The notes beneath the pieces are model-generated. The model did not search any database, had not been told where the DNA came from, and saw nothing but the letters and a program-made list of their open reading frames with translations. From an uncultured Lachnospiraceae bacterium (GTDB lineage Bacteria > Bacillota > Clostridia > Lachnospirales > Lachnospiraceae): a stretch of DNA of 64,000 nucleotides. The stretch covers positions 46,084 through 110,083 of the forward strand of contig CAZMGH010000002.1 in the NCBI GenBank assembly GCA_964565805.1, written 5' to 3'. Shown in pieces: positions 26,919 through 36,801 of this stretch; the first letter of the stretch is position 1, and each line of letters begins with the position of its first letter. The position numbers and the translations under genes were made by a program.

Positions 26919-29080
26919 TGGTAGTTCCAGGTATGTATCTGGCAGACCGGTACGAGATACTTGAAAAAATCGGTTCCGGCGGCATGGCTGATGTGTATAA
27001 GGCCAGGGACCGCAAGTTAAATCGTCTGGTTGCTGTTAAGGTATTAAAACAGGAATTCAGTGTGGATGAGACTTTTGTAAAGAAGTTCCAGGTGGAGGCT
27101 CAGGCTGCTGCCGGACTGTCCCATCCCAATATTGTAAATGTATATGACGTAGGTGAGGAAAACGGTATCCATTATATTGTAATGGAACTGGTCCAGGGAA
27201 TCACCTTGAAAAAATATATTGAGATGAAAGGAAAGCTGGAGATTAAAGAAGCCTTAAATATTTCTGTTCAGATCGCTTCCGGTCTTCAGGCGGCCCATGA
27301 TAACCGGATCATTCACCGGGATATTAAGCCTCAGAACATTATTATGTCCAGGGACGGCAAGGTAAAGGTTACGGATTTTGGTATTGCCAAAATGGCAGAT
27401 TCCACTACAGTGACCACAAACGCTGCAGGCAGCGTTCACTATATTTCACCGGAACAGGCCCGGGGCGGCTATTCTGACGCAAAAAGCGATATTTATTCCC
27501 TTGGTATTACCATGTATGAGATGCTTACCGGCCGGGTGCCTTTTGAGGGCGAGACTAACGTGGCCGTGGCTCTTTTGCACATCCAGGGAGAGATGGTTCC
27601 TCCCAGAAAACTGGAGCCTTCCATCCCCCGAAGCTTTGAAAAGATCATTTTAAAATGTACTCAGAAAAGGCCGGAGCGGCGGTACGCTTCTGCCAGGGAT
27701 CTGATCGCGGATCTGAGAAAGGTACTGACACACCCGGATGGGGAGTATGTAATTCTTACCGGCGCGTCTATGGCGGCTAATGAACAAACAGTGGTGTTAA
27801 ATCATCATTCCGCAGCCGCCGGGAACGCCAGCCAGTCTTCGGCCAGCCGTACAGGAGATACTTCGGCCAACGCATCTTCCGGCAGCGGCCGTTCCGCGGA
27901 AGACTCCGACCAGTCGAACCGTCAGTATGCCGGGAAAAATGGTCAGGGGCGCAGCGATTATGATGAAGATGAGGATGAAGATGGCGTAAACCCGGCGCTG
28001 GAAAAGGTGATGATGGTGCTGGGGATCGTAGGCGCCGTGATCCTGGTCGTGGTGATCTTTTTTATCATCGCCCGGGCCGTGGGTCTGTTTTCCGGAAGCG
28101 GACAGACGGAAAGCGGTATTGAAAGCATGAGTGAAAGCCAGACCGAGTCTTTATCTGATACGGAAAGCACTGAGGAGGTTCAGGTTCCGGATCTTTATGA
28201 TATGACTCAGCAGGAGGCTCAGTCTGAACTGCAGTCTTATGGCTTATATTTAAGCGTCCAAAACGGAGCGAGCGATGACGTAGAGGAAGGTCATATTTAC
28301 AGGCAAAGTCCGAGTGAGGGAACAACCCTTTCCAGAGGAGATACAGTGACTGTGTGGATTAATTCCAGCGAATCTGAAACCGAGGAACAGGTACAAGTCC
28401 CGGACGTGACCAACTATACTTATAATCAGGCAAGTACAGCCCTGCAGGCTCAGGGGCTTGGTATTGCGGGGGTAGCATACGAATACAGTGATAGTATTTC
28501 CGCTGACCGGGTGATCCGCACGGATCCGGCCGCGGGAACGTCTGTAGATTCAGGATCTGATGTGACCATTTATATTAGCAAGGGTCCGGAGCAAAAAACG
28601 ACGACCATGCCTCAGGTGGTTGGCACTACTCTGGCGGATGCTCGTACACTGCTTGAAGGCAGCAATCTTACGGTGGGTCAGGTGACCTATGAGTCCAGCG
28701 ATTCTGTGGCAGAAGGCCGGGTGATCCGGGCCAGCGTGTCCAGAGGCACGACCGTAGATGAGGGAACGGCTGTGGATCTGGTGATCAGTACCGGTCCGGC
28801 AGAAATTGAAAGCCAGGGGCAGTCCTCCTATACAGGGACGATCGATCTTTCTGGATTGGAAAATCCTATCGGAGGTTTAAGTGAGGGACAAACAGCGACA
28901 GTCCTTATTAATGTATATAGCGCTTCAGGATCTGTAGTATGGACCACAGGAAATATGACCATGGGAGCGGATGATTGGGTTACCTGGTATACTGTGACTA
29001 CCGAAAACGTCGAACCGGTAACCTGGGAGGTCATGGTGGACGGCCAGTCTATCGGTACCGGCCGGGTAAACATGAGCTGA
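26918..29080 (+). CDS. pknB: PASTA-domain Ser/Thr protein kinase
   Basis: IGSGGMADVY, HRDIKPQN, DFG, GSVHYISPE, TM helix, three PASTA repeats. Confidence 0.95.
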   Translation: MVVPGMYLADRYEILEKIGSGGMADVYKARDRKLNRLVAVKVLKQEFSVDETFVKKFQVEAQAAAGLSHPNIVNVYDVGEENGIHYIVMELVQGITLKKYIEMKGKLEIKEALNISVQIASGLQAAHDNRIIHRDIKPQNIIMSRDGKVKVTDFGIAKMADSTTVTTNAAGSVHYISPEQARGGYSDAKSDIYSLGITMYEMLTGRVPFEGETNVAVALLHIQGEMVPPRKLEPSIPRSFEKIILKCTQKRPERRYASARDLIADLRKVLTHPDGEYVILTGASMAANEQTVVLNHHSAAAGNASQSSASRTGDTSANASSGSGRSAEDSDQSNRQYAGKNGQGRSDYDEDEDEDGVNPALEKVMMVLGIVGAVILVVVIFFIIARAVGLFSGSGQTESGIESMSESQTESLSDTESTEEVQVPDLYDMTQQEAQSELQSYGLYLSVQNGASDDVEEGHIYRQSPSEGTTLSRGDTVTVWINSSESETEEQVQVPDVTNYTYNQASTALQAQGLGIAGVAYEYSDSISADRVIRTDPAAGTSVDSGSDVTIYISKGPEQKTTTMPQVVGTTLADARTLLEGSNLTVGQVTYESSDSVAEGRVIRASVSRGTTVDEGTAVDLVISTGPAEIESQGQSSYTGTIDLSGLENPIGGLSEGQTATVLINVYSASGSVVWTTGNMTMGADDWVTWYTVTTENVEPVTWEVMVDGQSIGTGRVNMS

Positions 29081-29091
29081 CAGGAGGATCC

Positions 29092-29970
29092 ATGCAGGGA
29101 AAGATCATTAAAGGTATTGCAGGATTTTACTATGTCCATAACCCGGAAAAAGGCACCTATGCCTGTAAGGCCAAAGGGATTTTCAGAAACGAAAAGATCA
29201 AGCCCCTGGTTGGAGATATGACGGAGTTTCATGTAACCCATGAAGGAGATAAGGAGGGCAGTATTGATAAAATACTGCCCCGGAAAAATGCTCTGATCCG
29301 TCCCGCTGTGGCTAATGTAGATCAGGCCATGATCATTTTTGCCGTTGCCAGCCCTGCGCCTAACTTGAACATGCTGGACCGTTTTCTCATTACTATGAAG
29401 CTTCAGCATGTGGACACCATCATCTGTTTTAATAAGACGGATGTATCCTCTCAGACGGAGGTTGACAGGCTTAGAGATGTTTATAAAAACTGCGGCTGCC
29501 AGGCGGTATTTACCAGTGTGGAGAAACAGGAAGGCCTTTTGCAGGTGAGAGCGCTTTTAAAAGATAAGACCACAGTCATGGCCGGGCCCTCTGGTGTGGG
29601 AAAATCATCTATGATGAACTACCTTAAGCCGGAGGCGGCCATGGAAACAGGGGCCATCAGCAAAAAGATCCAGCGGGGGCGTCATACCACCCGCCATTCG
29701 GAGCTGTTTCATCTGGAGGGTTCCACCTATGTGATGGATACCCCGGGATTTACTTCCCTTTATATAGACCATGTTGAGGCTCAGGATTTGAAAAACTGTT
29801 TTGCAGAATTTGAACCTTATGAAGGACAGTGCCGTTTTAACGGATGCGTCCACATCCACGAACCGGACTGCGCTGTGAAGGAGGCCTTAAAGGCAGGAAA
29901 GATCAGCCGCAGCCGTTATGACAATTATGTAATGTTTTATGAAGAGCTTAAAAGCCAGCGGCGGTATTAA
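29092..29970 (+). CDS. rsgA: Ribosome small subunit-dependent GTPase A
   Basis: NKTD, GPSGVGKSS, GRHTT, DTPG, CRFNGCVHIHEPDC. Confidence 0.95.
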   Translation: MQGKIIKGIAGFYYVHNPEKGTYACKAKGIFRNEKIKPLVGDMTEFHVTHEGDKEGSIDKILPRKNALIRPAVANVDQAMIIFAVASPAPNLNMLDRFLITMKLQHVDTIICFNKTDVSSQTEVDRLRDVYKNCGCQAVFTSVEKQEGLLQVRALLKDKTTVMAGPSGVGKSSMMNYLKPEAAMETGAISKKIQRGRHTTRHSELFHLEGSTYVMDTPGFTSLYIDHVEAQDLKNCFAEFEPYEGQCRFNGCVHIHEPDCAVKEALKAGKISRSRYDNYVMFYEELKSQRRY

Positions 29971-30006
29971 GACGCACCGCTGGCTTTTTAAAGGGGGATA
30001 CTTGTT

Positions 30007-30672
30007 ATGTTAAAGCTGGCGCCATCAATTTTATCGGCAGATTTTGCCAATTTGGGAGCAGATGTAAAGGCTGTGGATCAGGCCGGCGCCCAGTATATCC
30101 ATATTGATGTTATGGATGGGGCCTTTGTCCCTAATTTTTCCCTGGGACTTCCGGTGATCAAGGCCATCCGGAAATATACGGAAAAGGTTTTTGATGTACA
30201 TCTTATGGTGGAAGATCCGGCCCATCATCTGAAGGCCTTTAAGGAGGCGGGGGCGGATATGATCACCGTCCATGCAGAAGCCAGCCGTCATCTTCACCGC
30301 ACCATTCAGACCATACGAAGCCTGGATATTAAAGCCGGTGTTGCCTTAAATCCTGCCACACCTTTGTGTGTTCTGGATTATGTGCTGGAGGATGTGGATA
30401 TGGTGCTGCTTATGGGTGTAAATCCCGGCTATGGCGGTCAGAAATATATTCCCTCCACCACAGATAAGATCCGGCAGTTAAGGGAAATAATCCAGATAAG
30501 AGGCCTTCACACGGATATAGAAGTGGACGGCGGGGTAAACCGGGATAACCTGGGAATGATTTTAGATGCCGGGGCTAATGTGATCGTTGCCGGTTCCCAG
30601 ATCTTTAAGGGAAATGTGGCAGATAATATGAAAGATTTTCTTGAAATCATGAAAAGGTATGAAAAAGGGTGA
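30007..30672 (+). CDS. rpe: Ribulose-phosphate 3-epimerase
   Basis: [25 protein letters not shown]. Confidence 0.95.
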   Translation: MLKLAPSILSADFANLGADVKAVDQAGAQYIHIDVMDGAFVPNFSLGLPVIKAIRKYTEKVFDVHLMVEDPAHHLKAFKEAGADMITVHAEASRHLHRTIQTIRSLDIKAGVALNPATPLCVLDYVLEDVDMVLLMGVNPGYGGQKYIPSTTDKIRQLREIIQIRGLHTDIEVDGGVNRDNLGMILDAGANVIVAGSQIFKGNVADNMKDFLEIMKRYEKG

Positions 30673-30692
30673 TTCAGAGAGGAGCAGTTTTA

Positions 30693-31370
30693 ATGGACGT
30701 TCTTTTGATTTCCGGAGGTCATGTGGACCTGGAATTTGCCCAAAACTTTCTTAAGGAACATGCTTTTGAAAAGATCATTGCCGTGGACGGCGGTCTTAAG
30801 ACTGCCGACTGCCTTAAGGCCGCCCCTTTGACAGACATTGTGGGGGATTTTGATACTGTGGCGCCGGGAATCCTTGAAAAGTACAAAAAGGCGGCGAAAA
30901 TGGAAAATGGTCCGGTGATCCATGAATATATTCCGGAAAAGGATTATACAGACACAGATATTGCCTTAAAGCTGGCTATCCGGTACTGTGACGGGAGAGC
31001 TCACAGCCGGATCTGGATTCTGGGAGCTACCGGTACCCGGCTGGACCATGTTCTGGCCAATATTACCATGCTCCTTCTTCCCTTCCAAAAAGGGATCCCC
31101 ACAGTGATCCAGGATGAGCATAACCGGCTCAGTCTTTTATCCGGACACAGAACGATCAAAAAAGATGATCACTTCGGAAAATATCTTTCTTTGATTCCTT
31201 TAACAGCAGAAATCAGCGGAGTAACGCTTCAGGGGGTAAAATATCCCCTGGAGGATCATACCATATCCCTTGGGGAAAGCTTATGTGTCAGCAATGAGAT
31301 CACCGGGGATCAGGCCATGCTTTGGGTCAAAGAGGGCATTGCCATTGTGCTGGAAACCCGGGATGAATAA
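30693..31370 (+). CDS. thiN: Thiamine pyrophosphokinase
   Basis: AVDGG, VGDFD, EKDYTDT, GATGTRLDH, VSNE; follows rpe. Confidence 0.92.
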   Translation: MDVLLISGGHVDLEFAQNFLKEHAFEKIIAVDGGLKTADCLKAAPLTDIVGDFDTVAPGILEKYKKAAKMENGPVIHEYIPEKDYTDTDIALKLAIRYCDGRAHSRIWILGATGTRLDHVLANITMLLLPFQKGIPTVIQDEHNRLSLLSGHRTIKKDDHFGKYLSLIPLTAEISGVTLQGVKYPLEDHTISLGESLCVSNEITGDQAMLWVKEGIAIVLETRDE

Positions 31371-31408
31371 GATAGGGAATCTGTCACCACATTTTTTTTA
31401 AAAGGTGA

Positions 31409-33364
31409 ATGAAAATGACTAAAACAACACAACTCATCGAGTTTTACGTGGCTGAATATCGCAAGGAGGCAAAAAAGAAAAGCAATGTCCGGGCATCCGG
31501 CTATGAGAAGCGCCTTGGAGCCTTGAACAAAACATTAAAACGTCTGGGACCCCATCAGGTAAGCCGGTCGATTTTGGAGGATTATCACCGGCAGATCAAA
31601 AATCTTTTTCATCTTGCGTCAAAATATCGGAATAAGTCAGCCATTTCTTTTCTGGTATCCCAGACCATCCCCCAGCTGGTTCGGCTGGATCTGCATATGG
31701 TCCTTCCGGATGACCTGGAGTCTCTGGATGAAGGATTTTTTGACTATATCCGGAGCCATATGCCAGGCGCTGTATGTTCCCACACCCTTTTTGAACTGTG
31801 TCAAAGATACCGCAGATATTGTATTGAAAATCGCATTACAGAGTTGGTGCCGTCCCGGCCGGAACTGGAATTTCCAAAGGCCCTGTCCATGAACCGGCGT
31901 TTTATCCTTCATATCGGCCCTACGAACAGCGGAAAAACCTTTCAGGCTCTGGAAGCCTTGAAAAATGCAAAGCACGGTGTTTATCTGGGGCCTTTGCGCC
32001 TTCTGGCCCTGGAAGTTTATGAACGGATGAACGCGTACCATACTCCATGTACCATGCTGACAGGGCAGGAATGTATCGAAACCCCTCACAGCCGGGTTAC
32101 TGCCTCTACGATAGAAATGGCGGACATTAATGACACCTATGACATTGCAGTTATTGATGAGGCACAAATGGTTTCCGATACGGATCGGGGACATTCCTGG
32201 ACTCGGGCCATTTTAGGGCTTTTAGCGAATGAGATCCATATTTGTCTCAGTCCGGTGGCGGAGCCGGTAGTGACCCATTTGATCCGCCTGTGCCAGGACC
32301 ATTATGAGATCCGCCGCTATGAACGGAAGATTCCTTTGTACTGTGAGGAGACTTCCTTTGTATTTCCCGATGATGTCCAGCCTGGGGATGCCCTCATTGT
32401 ATTTTCCAAAAGATCGGTACTTGATGTGGCCGGACGGTTGGAAGAGCGGGGGATCCGCGCTAGCGTGATCTATGGAAGTCTACCTCCGGAGATCCGGCGG
32501 CGTCAGGTGGAAATGTTTGCCTCCGGCCAGACAAAGGTAGTGGTGGCCACAGATGCTATCGGCATGGGGCTGAACCTTCCTGTAAGACGGATCGTATTTG
32601 TCCAGGTGGAAAAGTTTGACGGAACTTTAAGACGGCCCTTAAAGACGCCGGAGATCAAGCAGATCGCCGGCCGTGCGGGAAGATACGGCCTTTATGACGC
32701 TGGATATGTGACAGCCATGGGGGATGAGGCGCTGGACTATGTGCGGGAGCAGTTTGACGCTCCGGAGGCGCCTATTGAAACGGTAAGTCTCGGCTTCCCT
32801 CAGGTGCTTCTTGATATGGATGAGTCTTTGGATGCCATATTAAGAGTATGGCATGATGTTCGGACCCGGTCGCCTTTTGTTAAGGTAAGTATTGAAGACA
32901 CCCTGTTTTTATATGATCAGGCCAACAGACGCAGAAATTATATTGACGGCTTTAAGGACAAAAGGACACTGTACCGGATGATCAGCTGTCCCATTGATGT
33001 AAAGGACCGTCATGTGGTAGATTTGTGGAACCATTACTGTGAAGTTTATACCGCTGACGTGTCTCTGCCCTATCCGGACAAAAAGGATCTTAAAGAACTG
33101 ACCGGAATCCAGAAATATGAAACTTATTATAAACAGCTGGATCTATATTATCAGTTTTCTGTCCGCATGGGAAAGATTATTGACACAAAGTGGCTATCCC
33201 GGGAAAGGACCCGGACGGAAAGTACCATTATGCGTTATCTTCTTGGAAAGAAGACCAATTATATTGCCACATGCCGGTACTGTGGCCGGAAGCTTCCCGT
33301 AGGCTATAGCTTTGGCGTATGCCCCAGCTGTTTTAAAGTATCTAAAAGCTCCAGATCCTCCTGA
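31409..33364 (+). CDS. Suv3-like SF2 helicase with C-terminal Cys4 motif
   Basis: GPTNSGKT, GVYLGPLRLLALEV, TIEM, VIDEAQM, SWTRAILG, IYGSLPP, ATDAIGMGLN, QIAGRAGR; ends CRYC...CPSC. Confidence 0.85.
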   Translation: MKMTKTTQLIEFYVAEYRKEAKKKSNVRASGYEKRLGALNKTLKRLGPHQVSRSILEDYHRQIKNLFHLASKYRNKSAISFLVSQTIPQLVRLDLHMVLPDDLESLDEGFFDYIRSHMPGAVCSHTLFELCQRYRRYCIENRITELVPSRPELEFPKALSMNRRFILHIGPTNSGKTFQALEALKNAKHGVYLGPLRLLALEVYERMNAYHTPCTMLTGQECIETPHSRVTASTIEMADINDTYDIAVIDEAQMVSDTDRGHSWTRAILGLLANEIHICLSPVAEPVVTHLIRLCQDHYEIRRYERKIPLYCEETSFVFPDDVQPGDALIVFSKRSVLDVAGRLEERGIRASVIYGSLPPEIRRRQVEMFASGQTKVVVATDAIGMGLNLPVRRIVFVQVEKFDGTLRRPLKTPEIKQIAGRAGRYGLYDAGYVTAMGDEALDYVREQFDAPEAPIETVSLGFPQVLLDMDESLDAILRVWHDVRTRSPFVKVSIEDTLFLYDQANRRRNYIDGFKDKRTLYRMISCPIDVKDRHVVDLWNHYCEVYTADVSLPYPDKKDLKELTGIQKYETYYKQLDLYYQFSVRMGKIIDTKWLSRERTRTESTIMRYLLGKKTNYIATCRYCGRKLPVGYSFGVCPSCFKVSKSSRSS

Positions 33365-33546
33365 GAAACCCGGAGATTGGAGCAGAGGGTCTTTCCCTCA
33401 GGACTGGTGATCTGAATCTCGATCACGCTGCCTTCCTGAACCCCTTCTTTTGAAGCGGCATCCAGAAACATGGTAAATTTCGGATGCCGCTGGGCAAATT
33501 CATCTCTTAAACGTTTAAATTCCATAAGCCGTTTTGGATTGATCAT
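33304..33546 (-). CDS. Small hypothetical protein
   Basis: AGGAGG RBS before MINPKRLMEFK; FAQRHPKF...IEIQITSPEGKTLCSNLRV reads like a compact globular domain. Confidence 0.7.
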   Translation of the reverse strand: MINPKRLMEFKRLRDEFAQRHPKFTMFLDAASKEGVQEGSVIEIQITSPEGKTLCSNLRVSQEDLELLDTLKQLGHTPKL

Positions 33547-33749
33547 GAAAATTCCTCCTTGTGCTTTTACATTTTCCAATTGGGTTCATTTTTTTATATC
33601 CACCCTATTGTACCACGGCCGGGAGCCGGGGACAAGATAAGGGGTTGTATTTTGGGGTAGGCGTGATAAAATTATTAGTGTCTATACAGCAGCCAGACAC
33701 TTGCTGTATGGCCGCGTAAGAACGTGATTCAAAGATAAGGGGGATATAC

Positions 33750-34661
33750 ATGGAAGAAAACAAAAGCTTTAACCCGGCAGACGCCAACCAGATCACCCGC
33801 CGGTATCTGGATTCGATTCTTATTGAAGAGCGGCTGATCGATGCTGTAAAGGCATCGGCAAAGATTACATTGTTTGGCCATACTTTTGATACACCTGTGC
33901 TGATGCCGGCCTTTTCCCATTTGGATGAGTGGGTAAAAAACGGTAAAAACAGCATGGTAGAGTATGCCATCGCGGCAAAAAATCTAAATGCCTTGAATTT
34001 TGTAGGTATGCGTGAAAATGAAAAAATGGACGAGATTTTTCAGACCGGAGCGCCTACGATCCGGATCATTAAGCCCTACGCTGACAGAAAGAAAATCTTT
34101 GATCAGATTGACTATGCCAAGGCCCATGGCGCTGCTGGTGTGGGAATGGATATTGACCATATTTTCGGCAGTCAGGGCGATTATGATCTTGTTCAGGGAG
34201 AACCTATGGCCCCCCAGTCCATGGATATGATCCGGGAGTATGTTCAGGCAGCGGCTCCGCTTCCTTTTATTGTTAAAGGTGTGCTCAGCGTTACGGACGC
34301 TCTTAAATGTGCCAGGTGCCAGGTGGCCGGGATTCTTGTAAGCCATCATTCCGGACGGATGCCTTATGCCATTCCTCCGTTAAAAGTTGTTCCGGAAATC
34401 CGCAGGGAACTGGGAAATGAAATAAAGATTTTTGCGGACTGCGGCATCCAACGGGGCGCCGACGTGTTTAAGGCCCTGGCCTTAGGATGCGACGGAGCGG
34501 CTGTTGGACGGGCCATTTTGCCGGCCCTTAAGGCGGAAGGCCATGAGGGCGTGGAAAAATATATCCGCCAGATGAATGACGAGCTGAGGATGATCATGGG
34601 CTTTACCGGGATCGCCACTGTGGCGGATATGGATCCATCGGTGCTGTGGCTGCCGAAATAA
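33750..34661 (+). CDS. FMN-dependent alpha-hydroxy-acid dehydrogenase/oxidase family
   Basis: TPVLMPAF, IVKGVLS, LVSHHSGR, DCGIQRGADVFKALALG. Confidence 0.85.
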   Translation: MEENKSFNPADANQITRRYLDSILIEERLIDAVKASAKITLFGHTFDTPVLMPAFSHLDEWVKNGKNSMVEYAIAAKNLNALNFVGMRENEKMDEIFQTGAPTIRIIKPYADRKKIFDQIDYAKAHGAAGVGMDIDHIFGSQGDYDLVQGEPMAPQSMDMIREYVQAAAPLPFIVKGVLSVTDALKCARCQVAGILVSHHSGRMPYAIPPLKVVPEIRRELGNEIKIFADCGIQRGADVFKALALGCDGAAVGRAILPALKAEGHEGVEKYIRQMNDELRMIMGFTGIATVADMDPSVLWLPK

Positions 34662-34702
34662 TTGGGCCGGAATAATTGGTTTTGCTTGAAATCGTTTGAC
34701 TG

Positions 34703-34785
34703 TTGACAAGGAAGAGTTTTTTGTAGTAGACTATTAATGAAAGAAAAGCAAAGGCGCTGGGAATTCGGGTTTCCAGCGTTTTTTT
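34703..34785 (+). promoter_or_regulatory. Promoter plus leader terminator with overlapping ANTAR-like hairpin
   Basis: TTGACA 34703-34708; candidate -10 TAGACT 34727-34732; AGC-AAAGGC-GCT at 34747-34758 overlaps the 5' arm of a 10-bp terminator stem (34754-34779, loop TTCGGG) followed by a T run, upstream of the RBS. Confidence 0.65.
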
Positions 34786-34815
34786 GATTGGAAAAAGTTA
34801 AGGAGGATAAGGTCT

Positions 34816-36129
34816 ATGCAGGAATTAATTGACCACACCGAAGGTATTAACCGGCTTATGGCCCGCTTTGGCGTAAAGTTCGGGATTTATAAAAACGGGG
34901 AATTTCATGAACAGCTGTTTCCCTTTGATGCCATTCCCCGGGTGATTCCTCATAAAGATTTTCAGTATCTTGAAAAGGGACTGATCCAGCGGGTAGACGC
35001 GTTAAACTGTTTTTTAAGAGACATCTACACAGACAAAAAGATCATTAAGGATCAGGTGGTCCCGGAGGATTTTGTATTTTCCTCATCCGGGTATCTTCCC
35101 CAGTGTGATCATTTTACGCCGCCCAAAGGGATTTACAGCCATATTTCCGGAATCGACCTGGTACTGGGAAAGGATAAGGAATGGTATATTTTAGAGGATA
35201 ATTTAAGAATCCCATCAGGAGCTTCCTATCCTTTAATTGCCCGGGAGATCTGCCGGAGAGTTTCGCCGGTCACTTTTGCTAGCCATCCTGTTGTAGATAA
35301 CCGGAACTATGCGTCAATGTTAAAAGAAACCCTGGATTGGGTCAATACAGGAGGCATACCGGTGATCATGACGCCGGGGCGGTATAACGCGGCCTATTTT
35401 GAACATTCCTACCTGGCAGAGCGGACAAAAAGCGCGCTGGCCACATGTTCGGATCTGTTTGTAGAGGATAATTATCTGTACTACAGGGATTATCGGAATA
35501 CAAAGCAAAAGGTAGGCGTTATCTACCGGAGAATTTCGGATGAGTATCTGGATCCAATGACATTTTTGCCGGAATCCCTCATCGGTATTCCTAATATTAT
35601 GGATGTATACTGCAGCGGTCATGTGGCCATCGTCAATGCCCCGGGCAACGGAATCGGCGATGATAAAGGAATCTACTATTTTGTTCCTAAAATGATCCGC
35701 TATTATTTAGGGGAAGAACCTATATTAAAAAATGCGCCTACATACCTGCCTTTTTATGAGGAGGACCGGAAATATGTTCTGGATCATCTAAACAGACTGG
35801 TGGTTAAGGATGTGTCTGAAGCCGGGGGCTATGGCGTGATCTTTGGAGACTCTCTGACCCGGGAAAAGCTTGAGTCTCTTAAAGCGCTGATACAACAAGA
35901 GCCGAGAAGGTTTATTGCCCAGGAAGTCATCGACTTTCAGGATATGGAAGTTATGGACGGGAATGAGCGAGTTTTGCGTAAGGCGGACCTGCGGGCCTTT
36001 GTCCTTACAGGACAGACCACACGGGTATGGGCCAGCGGGCTCACCCGTTTTTCAAGAAACGCGGATTCCTTTGTAGTTAATTCGTCACAGGGAGGAGGAT
36101 TTAAAGACACATGGGTATTATCTCAGTAG
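34816..36129 (+). CDS. Circularly permuted ATP-grasp type 2 ligase
   Basis: FPFDAIPRVI, ISGIDLV, ILEDNLRIPSGASY, MTPGRYNAAYFEH, IYRRISDEYLDP, NAPGNGIGDDK, KDVSEAGGYG, NSSQGGGFKDTWV. Confidence 0.92.
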   Translation: MQELIDHTEGINRLMARFGVKFGIYKNGEFHEQLFPFDAIPRVIPHKDFQYLEKGLIQRVDALNCFLRDIYTDKKIIKDQVVPEDFVFSSSGYLPQCDHFTPPKGIYSHISGIDLVLGKDKEWYILEDNLRIPSGASYPLIAREICRRVSPVTFASHPVVDNRNYASMLKETLDWVNTGGIPVIMTPGRYNAAYFEHSYLAERTKSALATCSDLFVEDNYLYYRDYRNTKQKVGVIYRRISDEYLDPMTFLPESLIGIPNIMDVYCSGHVAIVNAPGNGIGDDKGIYYFVPKMIRYYLGEEPILKNAPTYLPFYEEDRKYVLDHLNRLVVKDVSEAGGYGVIFGDSLTREKLESLKALIQQEPRRFIAQEVIDFQDMEVMDGNERVLRKADLRAFVLTGQTTRVWASGLTRFSRNADSFVVNSSQGGGFKDTWVLSQ

Positions 36130-36785
36130 AAAAAGCAGATCACTTGTACTGGCTTGGCCGGTATACAGAGCGGGTGTATACCACCCTGCGGATTTTTTTC
36201 CATATTTACGATAAGATGATCGAACAGCCGGAGGGGATTTACGCGTCATATTGCCAGCGTTTAAACATCCCGGATATTTACACCTCCAACCGGCAGTTTG
36301 TTCAGTCTTATCTTTTTGATCCGGTCAATCCGGACTCCGTGTATTCCAATATGAGCAGAGCTTATGACAATGCGGTTGTCCTTAGAGATGAACTTAGCAG
36401 CAATGTGCTTTCCTACATCCAGCTGGCCTTAGATACCTTTGGAGCATGCGCCAAAACAACGGCACCTCTTTTGGAGCTTCAGCAGGTGATCGACTATCTT
36501 CTGGCTTTCTGGGGCTGCGCTGATGATTACGTGGATCAGGAGGACTGCAGGAATATTCTTAAATGTGGCAAATATGTGGAGCGGCTGGATCTTTACATCC
36601 GGCTGGATTATCACAAAGATGAACTGGAAAAAGAATATAAAAAACTGATCAATCGTCTCCAGCGGGCAAATCTGTGCTATAATGAAAAAAATCTGGAGCA
36701 CATTGAGACGCTTATTCATCAGGGGATGCCCCAGACAACAGATAAGCAGGAGGCATTAGGCTGTCTTGGAGGGCTTATTACCTGA
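36111..36785 (+). CDS. Alpha-E domain protein
   Basis: LYWLGRYTER and KYVERLD (the two ER motifs), DPVNPDSV, AYDNAVVLRDELS. Confidence 0.88.
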   Translation: MGIISVEKADHLYWLGRYTERVYTTLRIFFHIYDKMIEQPEGIYASYCQRLNIPDIYTSNRQFVQSYLFDPVNPDSVYSNMSRAYDNAVVLRDELSSNVLSYIQLALDTFGACAKTTAPLLELQQVIDYLLAFWGCADDYVDQEDCRNILKCGKYVERLDLYIRLDYHKDELEKEYKKLINRLQRANLCYNEKNLEHIETLIHQGMPQTTDKQEALGCLGGLIT

Positions 36786-36801
36786 AGACAGCCAAAACAT
36801 T

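Noticed and set aside
27780-28200. Low-complexity S/A/G and D/E stretches in pknB
   Set aside because: Ordinary disordered juxtamembrane linkers of PASTA kinases.
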